In this document: positions 40,611-53,725 of the stretch, piece after piece
Numbering within the stretch: position 1 is the stretch's first letter
How the letters are laid out: each line of letters begins with the position of its first letter
DNA from: Phoronis australis
Taxonomy: Eukaryota > Animalia > Phoronida
Direction: 5' to 3'
Assembly: GCA_002633005.1 (NCBI GenBank)
Contig: NMRA01000745.1
Location: 99,815-163,814 of the forward strand
DNA: 64,000 nucleotides
Program-made: the position numbers and the translations under genes
Notes under the pieces: model-generated
The model's input: only the letters and a program-made list of their open reading frames with translations
Told to the model about the DNA's origin: nothing
The model's database searches: none

Positions 40611-40762
40611 GGTCCCAGATCGAATATGTAGACATCACTCAAGTCAGTAAAGGGATTGTTGGTGAGTTTAAATGTGCTGAACCAGTCCATTTTGTTAGAA
40701 TGTTCGCCCTGGAATTCCATAGTAAAAACTTCTTTCCCTTCGTTGAAAAAAGAAAATTTAAC
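40611..40762 (-). CDS. Gene B exon 3
   Basis: tttcag| and |gtgagt; VKFSFFNEGKEVFTMEFQGEHSNKMDWFSTFKLTNNPFTDLSDVYIFDLG. Confidence 0.85.
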
Positions 40763-41275
40763 CTGAAATGGAAAGATTACTCACCAATTTTACGTAAAAG
40801 CACCAACATATTGTAAGGCTATTTCACTGTTATCTGCAACATTAAGAGCGTAACATTTTTGTGGGCCTGCTTCGTAGAAGGTAATTAAAAAGTAACGATT
40901 CGCGAATATATCCTCACGGATATGATTTGGAAAATTCTAAATATTTACCCGGTTAAAACCCATCCTCACTCAACCATTTTAAAAGTCAAAAATGTATGAT
41001 AACTGAGCACAAACTTAAAGCAGCATTTCGTTATCTTTAGATGGCTAAAAACAAAAGTCTATTATCCCTTTTACTCTCAGGGGATCGGACTCATAGTATC
41101 CCTACCCGTGACAGGAATCTATTTTCTGTTACCAATCAGCACATCCAAAGCATCGATCAGCGACTCCAAATTCCCATTACAGATTATTGAGGTTAAACAT
41201 TCCAATTCACAAATGGCAGCAGTTCGAGATCTTATAAGCTTGAGAGTATTTTTAAACCCAAAACGCTCTGATTAA

Positions 41276-44200
41276 AGGAGAATGCCACCTGATTTTAATA
41301 GTCTTTTTTACCTTCCTAATCGGTCTATATCCACATCGCCTCTTATACACTCGACCTTACCTTGCCGAGAGGTGTCGCGTTAACCTGTGAGGAAGGTGAG
41401 AAACGACGCAGCGACGTCAGTGGTCCGTCGGCAGAGTGAATGCCGCCATATTGCGGTGCATCGTTCCCGCTTGTCTGAACTACAAAGCTGCGACGAAAGC
41501 GGGTATATCGTTTTTTGACTTGCTCGTGAACCCGAAATGCTTAGGAAGTGAGTCGCGGTAGTGAAGATTGAAAGGTACGCTGTTGATAGCAAGTATGAGG
41601 CCCTGAAACATCCCCTTGTCTGGGGCCGGCATTTGGTCGACAGTGGTTTCCCTGACGAATTCCGGCTTACTAAAGAATTATCCATACGTTCCGTTGCCTG
41701 TGCTTGTTCACGGCGCCTCTCTAGTATTTCTTGATCAGTTCCGGTTCGAACTTATATCCTATGAAACCTAACTATCCGATCCGGCCGTGAAATCTTCGTC
41801 GGATGAGCTCTTGACTAACTCGGGATTGGCGCCGGGCGAGTTGTCATGTAGACCAATGCTTATAAAAAACTGAAACAATGTATGCCTCCTTAGATACAAG
41901 CTGTAATGCCTTTGCAGTATTCGCGAGTGCAAATGGTGAGAAGCCAGCAATGAGTAAGCCACTGCGTTACTGGCTTTTGATGTCGGCAATAAAGATAATT
42001 GACCGGGCACCGAGGTCGTGAGAGCGCATGCTTGCTGACAGAAAGCTGTTGTGAAACTATTATTCGATTTTATACGCTATGGTCACAAGTTAGAGGAATC
42101 TTTATTGAGAAATACAAATACAATATTCAAATCGTTGTTACAGTACAACCTTGGCCCTGACGGTCTGTGGAATGGGAGCCCGACTTCGCGGCCCCCGAAG
42201 TAGATTTTCAGTTTCGTGGCTAACTCACATAAATAATTACGTGAACATTATTTTTTGGCTCACTATTATAGTCTTTTCGTTACTGCAGGTTTAGTTTCTG
42301 TTGCATCGTTAGTTAGTCTAATAAAACAAGTATTAAATCATGAACTAACGTATATTGTGTATGTCAGACGATCGACGTACCGGAAGTGACTCCTTACATT
42401 TATACTACTCGAATGTAACAACAGTACAGTTTCCAACTCAAGCTGGTTTATGTTCGTGCCAGTCCCGGCGGCTGCGACGAACCTGATCGGGTTCCGAGCG
42501 ATGGGCCTGATCGGGTTCCCAGCCACTGGCCTGGATAACAAGCGTTTTGTGTGGTTAGAAGTAGAAAAATCACAAGTCTAAGCAACACAGATCTAGGTTC
42601 TCCTGTCCGTATTTCACTGAAGAGTACTTAAAATTTATCTCCGAACAGACCCCAAACTCCTGCTACAGACCTTGGTTGGCCTGCCGAACTTTATAGGCTA
42701 CAGGGGTGTGTCCGAATACCAATAAATCTGTAACAGCGAAATAAAACAGCACGTTTTTATAAGAACTCGGTGTATTTTTAAGGGTTTTCCATCGACGTTT
42801 GATGATTTATTGGTGTTAAGTATCAGTCCACGAATCCATCGACCACAGTACAGCCAACAAGCGGCTAGGTGGGGGGTCAGCCAATCAGATCCATGTTTAG
42901 TCTGATAAATCACATTAGAGATGAGAGAAATTGGGTGAAGTATGACACCACAAAGTTTGGTGGTTTAGGAGATACAAGGGAAGTGTTCTGGGGGGCAAAA
43001 TGAGGCAAGTTCTTGGTGTGGAATGAGTCATTTTTGACCAAATTTTCTACTCCAGTTTCTGCTTCTAACAGAATCGTTTCTGAACAATTTTGATATCACA
43101 TGATTGTTTCATGACCAATGTAAGTAAAAACGGCACCGACACTGCAATATCGGTTACCATGGTAACACTGGAACTGTTTCCGTGGAGGTACGTTTCCGTC
43201 TTGTGAAAAACCAGCAGTAAGCTGTACCCTTATAGCGAAGCTGCCCCCGCTAAAAATAATAACATGGACTTGTAGAAGACTCCATTTCCTAGAAATTAAT
43301 ACAATAAAAACTTTGTCAGCCCTTCAGGCAGGCTTGGTAATAGGTGTCTGAATTTCACTATTTTCAGACTGCGTATGTGTATTTGTCATGTTAAACCAGT
43401 CACTAGTTGTGCGCCGTTTCTACGCATTAATATGCCGTGGTATAATAGAAGAATTAAAACAATTCGTTTGCTTAAATGTTTTTAATTAATTTTAAAGACA
43501 CTAGCATTTCCCAATAAAATATGAAATTGTACTAAATTTGTTCATCCAATTCGTCTGAATACCAAACTAAAGCTTACAATGCGTTAGTTGAATGATAGCT
43601 GACCTACAGTGCGGGTTTGCGAATTTATCTATTTATCTGGCACTGCCAGTCGCATCAAATGTGGTATTTCTACAAATTGCGGAGAGAAACAACTTTGGAA
43701 ACTCTAGGGAAATGCAGAAAGTATAGAGCGAGACATTTGAGCACCTTATAAGAGTACGTGGAGCTGATGTGGAGATGGAACGTGTCCTCCTGAGTACTCT
43801 GTCTCAGTGTCTGCCTCGGAAGCACTGTGTGCAGCAGGAGCTACATAATCTACCGTATTAGGTTCACTTGCCTGAATCATCGTACAACAATCGAGATATA
43901 TTGGCGCTTAGAACATCCACTGCACACTTGAGGAGAAATCTGATAGAGGTCTGAAAAATAACCAAAGACGTTAAGTCAAGGTTCAACGTCCTGCTCCATG
44001 TGAGCTCAGGTAGGAATCACTAAACTCCAGGGTCTGACCCTGAGGAATAATTTTAGAAGCACGTCATTCATGCAAAAATGCTTTTATTGACACACTGTGA
44101 TTGCTTATAACTTGGGCCTTGTTGCTTAATCAAATCTTTTTCAAGTGTGTTCTTGATGTTTATGCAACTACATGTATACATTGGCATAGAAAATAGGTAG

Positions 44201-47200
44201 TCATCATAACTTTTCATAAAAATCCACCAATGTGTAACATGACTTCTGCCCATGAACTACTTTTAGAGACTAGGGAGTATGTTTTGTCTACCAATGATTT
44301 TCTGCGATTATGAAGTTTATTAATTAAACATGCTAAAGCCGTCAAAAATATTGGTGCCTTCACTTTAGCTGGATATTCATATTTTGTGAGCCGAAATGGC
44401 CACATTAAATTTAATATGTTTAATTTTTCATTAATACAATTTTAAGAATCAGGAAAGGCTTATGCTGAAGAAGTGGCTTCTGCTGAAGTTGGAGACTTGC
44501 CGATTATTAGTAAAGTTTGGGTATGGAAAAGTTCACAACCAGCAAGAAGGTACCCTTCTGGACAACTAAGTGAGGGGGCTAGAGAGAGGCCGAAAACTCT
44601 ACTCCCAGAAGATATGTCAAAGAGAATTTGTAGCTTGAGGAACGAGTTGGGGAAAAAGTATTTGCCAAAGATTACTGGCTTATACCACAGCAGGTCCAAA
44701 GTAATTTGTTCAGATAGGCCACTTTCAGCAAATGTGGGAAACTGGGACAGAGGAAGTGGAGTATGCATAGAAAGAGGCAATCTGCGATTGTAAAGGATGT
44801 AGCATTGTAAAAATTCAAAGGGAGGAAACAGTACAGTGGCTGGACCTGTAAATACTCTGGCTGATCTGCTAAATCCATTGGGGGCATTGTTGTATCAGCA
44901 CAGCTGTGTAGGGAAGTAGGCTTGTGTGTTGTTGCAAGCTTTGCTTGCACCAGAGCTGCTTGTGTGAACAGCACAAATCTAAAATTTACCTAGTTTAGGA
45001 CTGAATTTTTGTCCAGGCACGGATTATGGTCCTGGGCCACATGGTAATGGTACATTGTTCATTTGTTTAGCCACTGGATTTTTTGGTCTGACAGGATTTC
45101 TCAGTGTTGCCATCACTTTTAGATGATTTCTGACCACTGTACTATTCCTTTTCCTTGAAGATGAATAATTGATCTGAATTTATGTTTCCGCATTTTAGTT
45201 ACCGTTATAGATTTTTGTTTGTAAATGGGTATATATTACTGAAATTTGAGACCCTGTTGCAGTTAGGCTGGTTTTGTTAACTTATCTTTCTGCCTGGGTT
45301 GTAAACCCATATTCTGTCCAGGAGGTGATAAGTTTTGATTTAGACCATTTACCTCTATAAACTTTTGCTCAGTTTGTTCCTTATCCAGATGGGAAGTGAT
45401 TTCTGGAATTGTAGCGAATTGACAGTTTGCTATTCCTTGAGACCATGCTGTGTGTATAAAATCGCACACTATTAGTCTGGTCTCTAGCAATTTCATTTTG
45501 CCAGATCTTTCAAAGTTCTGAAATTGCTCAAAAATTACCTGGAAGTAATACCTATTTCGTGATGGTAAAATAACTAAAACAAAAGTTGTTTTATGTGATT
45601 TTAGGGGAGTTTATGTCCACTTCAAATGATTTTTGTTGCAGTACTGAAAAGTATTGGCACATTAGCTCTGGTGGCTCCTTGTTTTTTTTTTTGGCGAATT
45701 GACCATTTTATGGTTCCCATGGGTAATTTTGTTACTGGTCTAGTATGTATGTACAAGTGTAATCGTAGAGCAATTGTAATGCAAATCATGTTGCAAAAGT
45801 ATTTTTATGACCATTTCATTGTAAAATGCTGCCTAATTGGAAGCGACAAGCCAATTTTTCATTTTGTGGTGGTTAGTTTTGATAAGAACATTGAGGTGGT
45901 AAATACAGCTACCTCGAGTTTGCGAAGATGAGATTTCCAGTGTTGTCAGCGATATTGCGAAATCACTTTTTCGCAGTGAGACTACATCACCTTAAATGCA
46001 ATTCCCTGGCTTTATGAGCTTTGTGTGTTTGACTCTGTCCTGTAGCAATTAGAGTGTTGAAAAGATCTAGAAGGCAATTTTTTATTAGAGTCATAACATT
46101 TTCACTTTTGACTGTACAGTTATCTTTGCATTGTATTACAAAAACATATTTTGTAGTACACAAGTCTCTGGTTGGTATTTTATATTTTTTTCACAAGGAA
46201 TATTTTCAACTTAGATGAGTTGTCTGTGAGGTAGACAATTTTCAAATAAGACAATGAATGAAATTGTCAAACATTGTTTTATTTTTTAGATGTGTGATCT
46301 TTTAATAAGTGATTACTTTTAAAAAACCTGTGCAGAATTTGATTTTTACTCTTCATTTGAAGGAGAATAAATCCATAAACCTGCATTGTCTAGAAATTTT
46401 ACTCAAACTACATATTACAGGGTTGGGGATTGGAATCTTAATACAACAGAGTCTGAACCCGTGCCATGAGCAATACAACACAATACACGGATATAAAAAT
46501 TTGGTGTTTAGGTTCCACGGAAAGGATTCGTGTGCGCAGCAATAGTTACTAAGGTGCGTGGTCATTGTTTGTGGATACTTTGGGATTCCTCTTCTGTGGT
46601 CATCCACGGGAAACCTGGTCGCATAGAGAACAATAGATTAGCATCTTTATTGTTTCCGTTATTAAAATAAAGATATAATGACGAGCACTTATCGGCAACG
46701 GTCTGATGTACGCAAGGTTCTATATCCATGCGACCTGTGTTGTTACATCCAACAATGACACAACAAAGGAAAACAATGATAGGACCGATGGGCGAAAAAC
46801 ATGCGACGAGTTGCCATGGACAGTGGTGGAGTTTGTCTTGTCATTCGAATGTTTTTACAGAACTGCAAACCCGGTATTTCGTCAGGAAAATTTCTGCGGT
46901 CTTTTGTTTTAAGTCGTGGGAAAAATTGCGGTCATGCAACCAAACTTATCCTTCATTTGATATTACAATGCATTGCATGAACATTTGATCAACAGAAAAT
47001 CTGACTTGAATATGTGTGAAGAAATACCCATGAGGAAATTGCAAAGTAAAACAACTGTAAATCAAAATAACCTACATTTGTCGAGTTCATGTCTAACCCT
47101 GTTCACTGTGGAGGACATAATCGGCTTTTTACAAAATGGAGCCATGTATGGTATTTAGGGGTACTATAGCCCTAAGTGATCAGTAGTAAAACGTTCAAAA

Positions 47201-47855
47201 CATTCAGGAGGAACTAACTTGTTGCAAAATATCGAAAAACATGAAGGACAATCGGATTTTACGGTGCTCACGCATCGATCTCAGATATATGAAAATTTCT
47301 CATTTTAGTACATTTGAGGTGCCAAAATATATAACTAATAAACTGGCTGACAAAGTTTTTATTTTATGAAATGAAAGTGACATGTTTTGTCAACATTTTG
47401 GCTAAGTTTCATTCTCATAACAGTGGGGGCAGATTTGGTACAGCAGTGTACTGAACACAACCTCAAAATGGCATAACGGGGGGCAGTGTAGTAAAACTAC
47501 TAAATGAGGGTGGTAAATCGGAATCGTGTTTCAAGACATCTGTGTAACAATCTACAGGCACCACTAAACAATGACAAGTGAATAATAAATCAATAGCTTT
47601 CATTCAAGGAAAAATATGAACAGTTAAAACTGGACTAGTACTTAAACGATGAATTCAAGCGACAAGCTTACACCAGTAGCCAGTGTTGCGAACTGCTGAA
47701 CAGACTGCGCGTGAAACCAATGACGTCATTGGATAATTCCAACACCTCCGTCTGCCGTAAGGTGTCAGGTAACGCAACCGAACGTGCCGTTATTGAGTAG
47801 AGCTACTAAACCTAAATTGATACAAAATAGGTTGTTTTTTGGGTGGCATTCTCCT
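41276..47855. mobile_element. TTAA-flanked non-autonomous DNA transposon (Kolobok-like AGG..CCT ends), ~1.75 kb plus a nested insert
   Basis: ttaa|aggagaatgccacc .. ggtggcattctcct|ttaa: 14-bp perfect TIR with TTAA on both sides. Confidence 0.75.
42820..47641. mobile_element. 4.8-kb nested insertion with TTAA TSD
   Basis: ttaa|gtatcagtcca .. tggactagtac|ttaa; removing it restores ttggtgttaaacgatgaattc as seen in the sister copy at ~55339-55360. Confidence 0.75.
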
Positions 47856-49531
47856 TTAATAGCTAGTATGAGGTCGTGAAACATCTCCGTGTCTGTGGCC
47901 GGCATTGCGTCGACAGTGATTTCTCTGGGGAATACCGGCTTACCAAAAAACTATTTATACGTTCCGTTGCCTGTGCATGTTCACGGTGCCTCTCTAGTAT
48001 TTCTTGATCAGTGTATTCAGGTTCGAACTGATGTCCTGGAAAATCTAGCGATCCGACCCGTGAAGTCTTTGTCGAATGAGCTCTTGACTAAGAGGGGATT
48101 GGCGCCGGGCGAGCTGCCATGTAGACGTTTATTATTCTGCGTTCTGTTTGAAAATGAATTATTGTCATCCTAACCAATGCTTATATGAAACTGAAATAAA
48201 GTCGGTCTAATGCTTTGGAGTGTTCGCGAGTGCAAATGTTTTGAGAAGCCAGCAATGAATAACCCACTGCGTTACCGGCTTTTGATGCCGGCAACAAAGG
48301 TAGTTGACCGGGCACCGAGGCCGTGTGAGCGCATGCTAATTCAGTGTTGGCTGACAGAAAGCTGTTGTGAAACAATTACTCGATTTTATATGCTGTGGTC
48401 ACATGCTAGGGTAATCTATATCTAGAAATACAAATACATTATTCAAATCACTGTACAACTTTTGCCCTGACGGTCTGTTGAAGGGGAACCCGACTTCGCA
48501 GCCCCTTACAAGTAAGTAGATTTACAGTTTCGTGGCTAACTCACATAAATAATTGCGTGCACATTATTTCTTTTTAAGTTCGTGCCGGTCCCCGCCGGCG
48601 ACCGCGACGGGCCTGATCGGGTTCCGAGAATGTGGCCGGGATAACGAGTCAGGGCCTAGTGATCGGTTTCCAAGCCATTGGCTGGGATAACAAGCGTTTT
48701 GTGCGTTTACCTGGAAGGCCCCACGTTGTAATGGTGCAACACCATTTTTGACAATCTATAATTAACCCTCAAATCATTTTCCACTCCTGTTATTGATTGT
48801 GCAACTTCCAAGGCCCATTGTTGCAGTAATGCTACAGTTTGATGGACCTCTCTTGAGAAATGAGCAAACTATTAGAATTAGAAATTCAAGATGTCTGCCG
48901 CCATGTTGTAAGCTGTCCTGTGAGCAAAAGGCAAAGACATGCTCTACACAGTCCAGGTAAATTTATTACTGCAACATAATGGATTCAAACCATTAAATGT
49001 CACATTATTTACTGGTGTAAACCTTAGTTTGGATAATATTCTGTTATCTAAGTGTGCTTGTCCTGAAAAGCCATGTTGCATAATTTCAACACGGGGCTCT
49101 GTCATCAGCATGCCAACACGTGTGCTTAGTCTTCTGTCTGACCCTAGGTAGGGTTAATGCCCAGTCAATGCTATTTTTTTAGCAAAAGCGCAGTAGTTTG
49201 TTTTTTTCTTCTGCGCTGTTTATCTATTCCTCTAAACAATATTTAATTTTGATTCGTTTCAGTAGATTGCATTTTTGTGTGGTGTGACGTCAGGTGGCGG
49301 GAATGGAGGTACTGAAGTGAAGGGCTGTCCGGCAATTTTGTCTATTTTCTGCTTATTCAGTGAACTTTGTGATGCAGAAGTTGAACGAGAACTGTCTCGG
49401 CCCACCAAGACCTGAATGGTGTCCGATTGTCTTATTTCTGTGAGTTTTTCGTGACTGTTTTGTAGTATATCTGATCTGTCCGTAGCGTCCTAAAATTGAC
49501 ATTGAATTCTACGTGTTACGTAATATCAATC

Positions 49532-50246
49532 ATGCCAGATGACACACCTAGTGCCAGGCCGGTTACACGAGGAATAAGCTCATATATGTCGAGGTCGAGT
49601 CCTAAACAAAACGCAGGGGCTTCGAAGGATGTAAGCAACAGAGAGATTTTAGACTTGGTTAATGAAAAGTTTGAGAAGGTTATTCTGAAACTGAATCCCT
49701 ACGGCAATCTCTAGAAACCGCCCGCGAAGAGAACGCGCTGTTACATGATCTAGTGATAAAGCTTGAATCGAAAGTTGAAGACCTAGAGAACCGGTCACGC
49801 CGTGACAACGTTGTGTTCCTTGGATTTGAAGAGAAAAATGCAGATTCGAACGAGCGTAAATCGTGTAAAGAGTCTGAAGAGATTACCGTGCAATTCCTGA
49901 AGAACGATCTTCATTTAGAGGGCCTCTGTATTGAGCGCGCTCATAGGATTGGTCGTCGAAAGCGTGGTAAAAAAAGACCAATAATTGCCAAGTTTTCGTC
50001 AAAGGACAAACGCAAAGTGATGAGCAAAAAAAGAAAATAACCAATGAATCAATTCACATCTCTGAAGACTTCTCGATGAAAGTAAGAAAAGCCCGAAAGG
50101 AGCTGTACACGTTTTCAAACGAAAACAATATGGAGAATGCAACTATACAATTCAACAAGCTCTATTGGCGTGGAAAACAGTTTATTTACGATGATGCAGA
50201 GAAAATGGTTAAAGAAATCAAGCATGATATCTACAGAAATGCCTAG
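49532..50246 (+). pseudogene. LINE ORF1 (L1/Transposase_22-type RRM), frameshifted
   Basis: LESKVEDLENRSRRDNVVFLG..IERAHRIG..RPIIAKF..ISEDFS. Confidence 0.8.
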
Positions 50247-50269
50247 CAGTTTGGCCATGGCCCAGAGCC

Positions 50270-53200
50270 TTCAAGGACAAACGAAATACGTACAACAGTC
50301 TGGAATGTACACGGATTAGGTAGCAAAACAGAGAAAAAAAGTATCGTTGATTATTTATGTTCTTTTGATTTAGTTGGTGTTGCGGAAACTTGGGCAACGA
50401 ACGAAAATCAGTTTGATAACATTTTGCCTGGGTACAAATGTTTCAGTAAAGTTAATTCAAAGAAAAATAGGTTTGGTAGAAACTCCGGTGGAGTATGTGT
50501 GTTTGTAAAAAAATGTTTAGCTCGGCATGTAACTCGAGTGAAATGTGATTTCGATTTTGGTGTTTTTCTATTAATTGATAAGAGTCTATTGTGTACTGAA
50601 AATGATGTATTATTCTGTTGTGTTTATTTGCCACCTGAGGGTGTGACAGTGTATGAAAATCAAATTGAAAAGAATGGTGTAGAAATTTTGAGATGTGGTA
50701 TTGTAGATGCCCTTTTGAATGCCCATGATGATTTATCTCTTTTGGTTGCTGGCGATCTTAATGCTAGAATTGGCAAACTCTCCGATTATATTCAAGACAA
50801 CTCAGCAGAATTTTTGCCTTCAGGTGAATGGTACGCCTCAGATGCCTTTAATTTTCCAAGGATTAGTAAAGATCATGTTATTAATTCATTTGGAAAATCA
50901 CTTGTGAGAATGTGTTGCGAGTTAAATGTCCATGCATGTAACGGTAGATCTTCAGGTGATGAGGGAGGAGAGTTTACGTGTTTATCTATTGAAGGGTGTA
51001 GTGTAGTTGATTATGTGCTATTGTCCACTGAATTGTTTGATTTTGTATCAGATTTTAAAGTTGATTTATTGGATGTATCTGATCATCTTCCTCTTGTTTG
51101 TGTTTTTCACGGCTTCACTCAGTCACAGGATAACACTGTTCATAGCACAAATTATGTCGTCCGTGAATATGACAGAGTTAGATGGAAGGCTGAAAGATGT
51201 AGTCAGTTCATGTACAAGTTCGTCAGTGGGTTCCAAGTGTTCTCTAGTGATAAAGCGAATCTTATTGAGAGCTGTCGGGTTGAAGACGCTGTTCAGTTTT
51301 TAAATGAAATGTGTAAATCAGCTGCCTGCGACATGATTGTACACTCCAATGCTGCGGTTAAATTTGTGAAAATCCAACCATCATGGTGGGATGAGGAGTT
51401 AGAGGTGCTGAAAAGAGAGAGAAATTGTGCTTTGTCTGGTTTCCGACACTATAGTAATCAGGTTAATTTTAATAAGTACAAAGAACTGCAACAAAAATTC
51501 AAAGTGACTTTTAAGTCAAATGGAAAGTTATTTAAAGATGGACTGAGGAAAAACTTAATTGAAAATGTTAACAATCCCAGAGCGTTTTGGCAGCTAGTAA
51601 AATCATGCGATAGGAAAATGACGTCAGATACTTCTATTTCTGCTGATGAATGGTTTTGCCACTTTCACTCACTCTTAAACCAAGAAAATCCTGATAATGG
51701 ACGTATGATTGGACAAATAGAAAGAAACTTGGCAAGTCATGATGTGTATTGTAATGACTGTATGGTAGATGACCCAAATCAATTGAATCATGATTTTAGC
51801 GAAAGTGAGATTTTTGTCGTTCTTCGAGACCTACAGAACGGTAAGACTTCCGGTGTTGACGGACTAGTTTATGAACTTTTTAAGTCCACCAAAGATTATA
51901 TAACACCTGTTTTGACATACACGTTTAATAGTGCTCTAGGATCAGGGGAATTTCCTCAGTCCTGGTGTGACGCTATAATATGCATAAGCAAGGGGACGTC
52001 AATGACGTAAATAAGTATCGGGGTATTTCCCTTCTGCGTTCTCGGAAAAAATTTTACGAAACTCATAAACGCTCGTCTAACAAGTTGGGCCAACGATAAT
52101 GACTTATCTAACGAAGCTCAGGCTGGTTTTAGAAAGGGGTATAGTACAATAGACCAATTTTTTACCTTACAAGGAATTGTTCATAAGTACTTGAGTAAGC
52201 GCAGGGGCAGATTTTATGCTATATACGTGGATTTTTCTCGGGCCATTGACAGCATTTCACATAATTTTTTTGTGGAATAGGCTTCAAAAATAGGAATACA
52301 TGGTAGTGTTTTAAAATTGATGAAAAGTATGTATTCAAAGCTAAGAGCGTGTGTAAGAACTGAGCGTGGGTTAGCTGACTTTTTCAGTAATAATATTGGT
52401 ACTCGCCCAGGGTGTATGCTTAGCCTTTTTTTATTTAGTATGTATTTGAACGAGTTTGTTGATTACTTAAGAGAATCTTTAAATAGCGGAATTTACGTAA
52501 ATGAGAATGTTCCTCAAATTTGTATAATGCTATACGCTGATGATATGGTTGGTGGTGCAGAGACAGCATTTAAACTACAGCAACAAATTAACGCTCTGCA
52601 TGAATACTGTCAGGATTGGGGTATGAAAGTCAACCTTACGAAAACAAAAATAATGGTATTTAGAAAGGGCGGACCATTCAGAAAATACGAAAAATGGCAT
52701 TTTGGAAATGACAAAATTGATGTCGTCTCATCATATAAGTACCTGGGTATTTGCCTTACTCCTAAGTTAGTCTGGACGCAAGCTACGGAAACTTTGTCTC
52801 ACCAGGCACAGAAAGCAATTTTTTCAATTAAACGTTTTCAGTCAAAATGTGGACGACTTTCACCGAAAATTGCACTCAAGATTTTTGATAAAATGTTATA
52901 CCCAATCATTAGCTATGGAAGTGAGATTTGGGGATTTAAAGAATACTCTAGTATCGAGCGCGTCCAATTGAAATTCTGTAAGCAACTGCTGGGTGTTGGA
53001 AGTAACTGTCCAAATCATGCTGTCGAAGGTATCCAATTTATGTAAAGCTGTTTGTTAAACTGATCAAGTATTGGTTTAAATTGTTAAAAATGCCAGCACA
53101 TCGAAACCCAAAATCTGTCTCTGATAAGCTTGTCACATTGGATAAGGCTGGTAGGAAAAATTGGGCTTCATCTGTTAGGAATTTGCTGCAAAGGTATGGT

Positions 53201-53725
53201 TTTGGTTTGGTATGGTACAATCAGGGAGTTGGCTGCGAAGCATCGTTTCTTGTCATTTTTGAGCAGCGAATGAAATATTGTTTTTTAACAAGACTGGAGC
53301 TTTGCTGTGGAGAATAGCTCAAACCTTAATACATATTTCTCATTTAAAATTGATTTTGAAATGGAATCCTATCTGTTGCGTGATATTCCATATATCTTTT
53401 TACCAGCTATGGCTAAATTAATGTACGTTGCTCCAAACACAACTTGATGATAGAGAAAGATTGACATACTCTCGTGGACCAAAAATACCGTGTGTGTTGT
53501 TTCTGTGTGTCCCTAATTGAAGATGAATATCATTTTATATCTGTTTGTAAAATGTAATGCTCTCTGAGAACTGCATTTATACCTGAGTGGTGCTGGCGTG
53601 AACCAAATAAACATAAATATGTAAAACTTATGAAAATGTCGGATCCCATTGCTCAGATTAATCTAATGATATTTGTATTTCACGCCACTGCTCTCAGGGA
53701 AAAGCTGCTCAGCGTTATTCTGTAA
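50270..53725 (+). pseudogene. LINE ORF2 endonuclease-reverse transcriptase, several frameshifts and stops
   Basis: AETW, SGGV, GDLNARIG, SVVDY, SDHLP (APE); YRGISLL, QAGFRKG, PGCMLS, LYADD, YKYLG (RT); EDEYHF..C. Confidence 0.9.
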
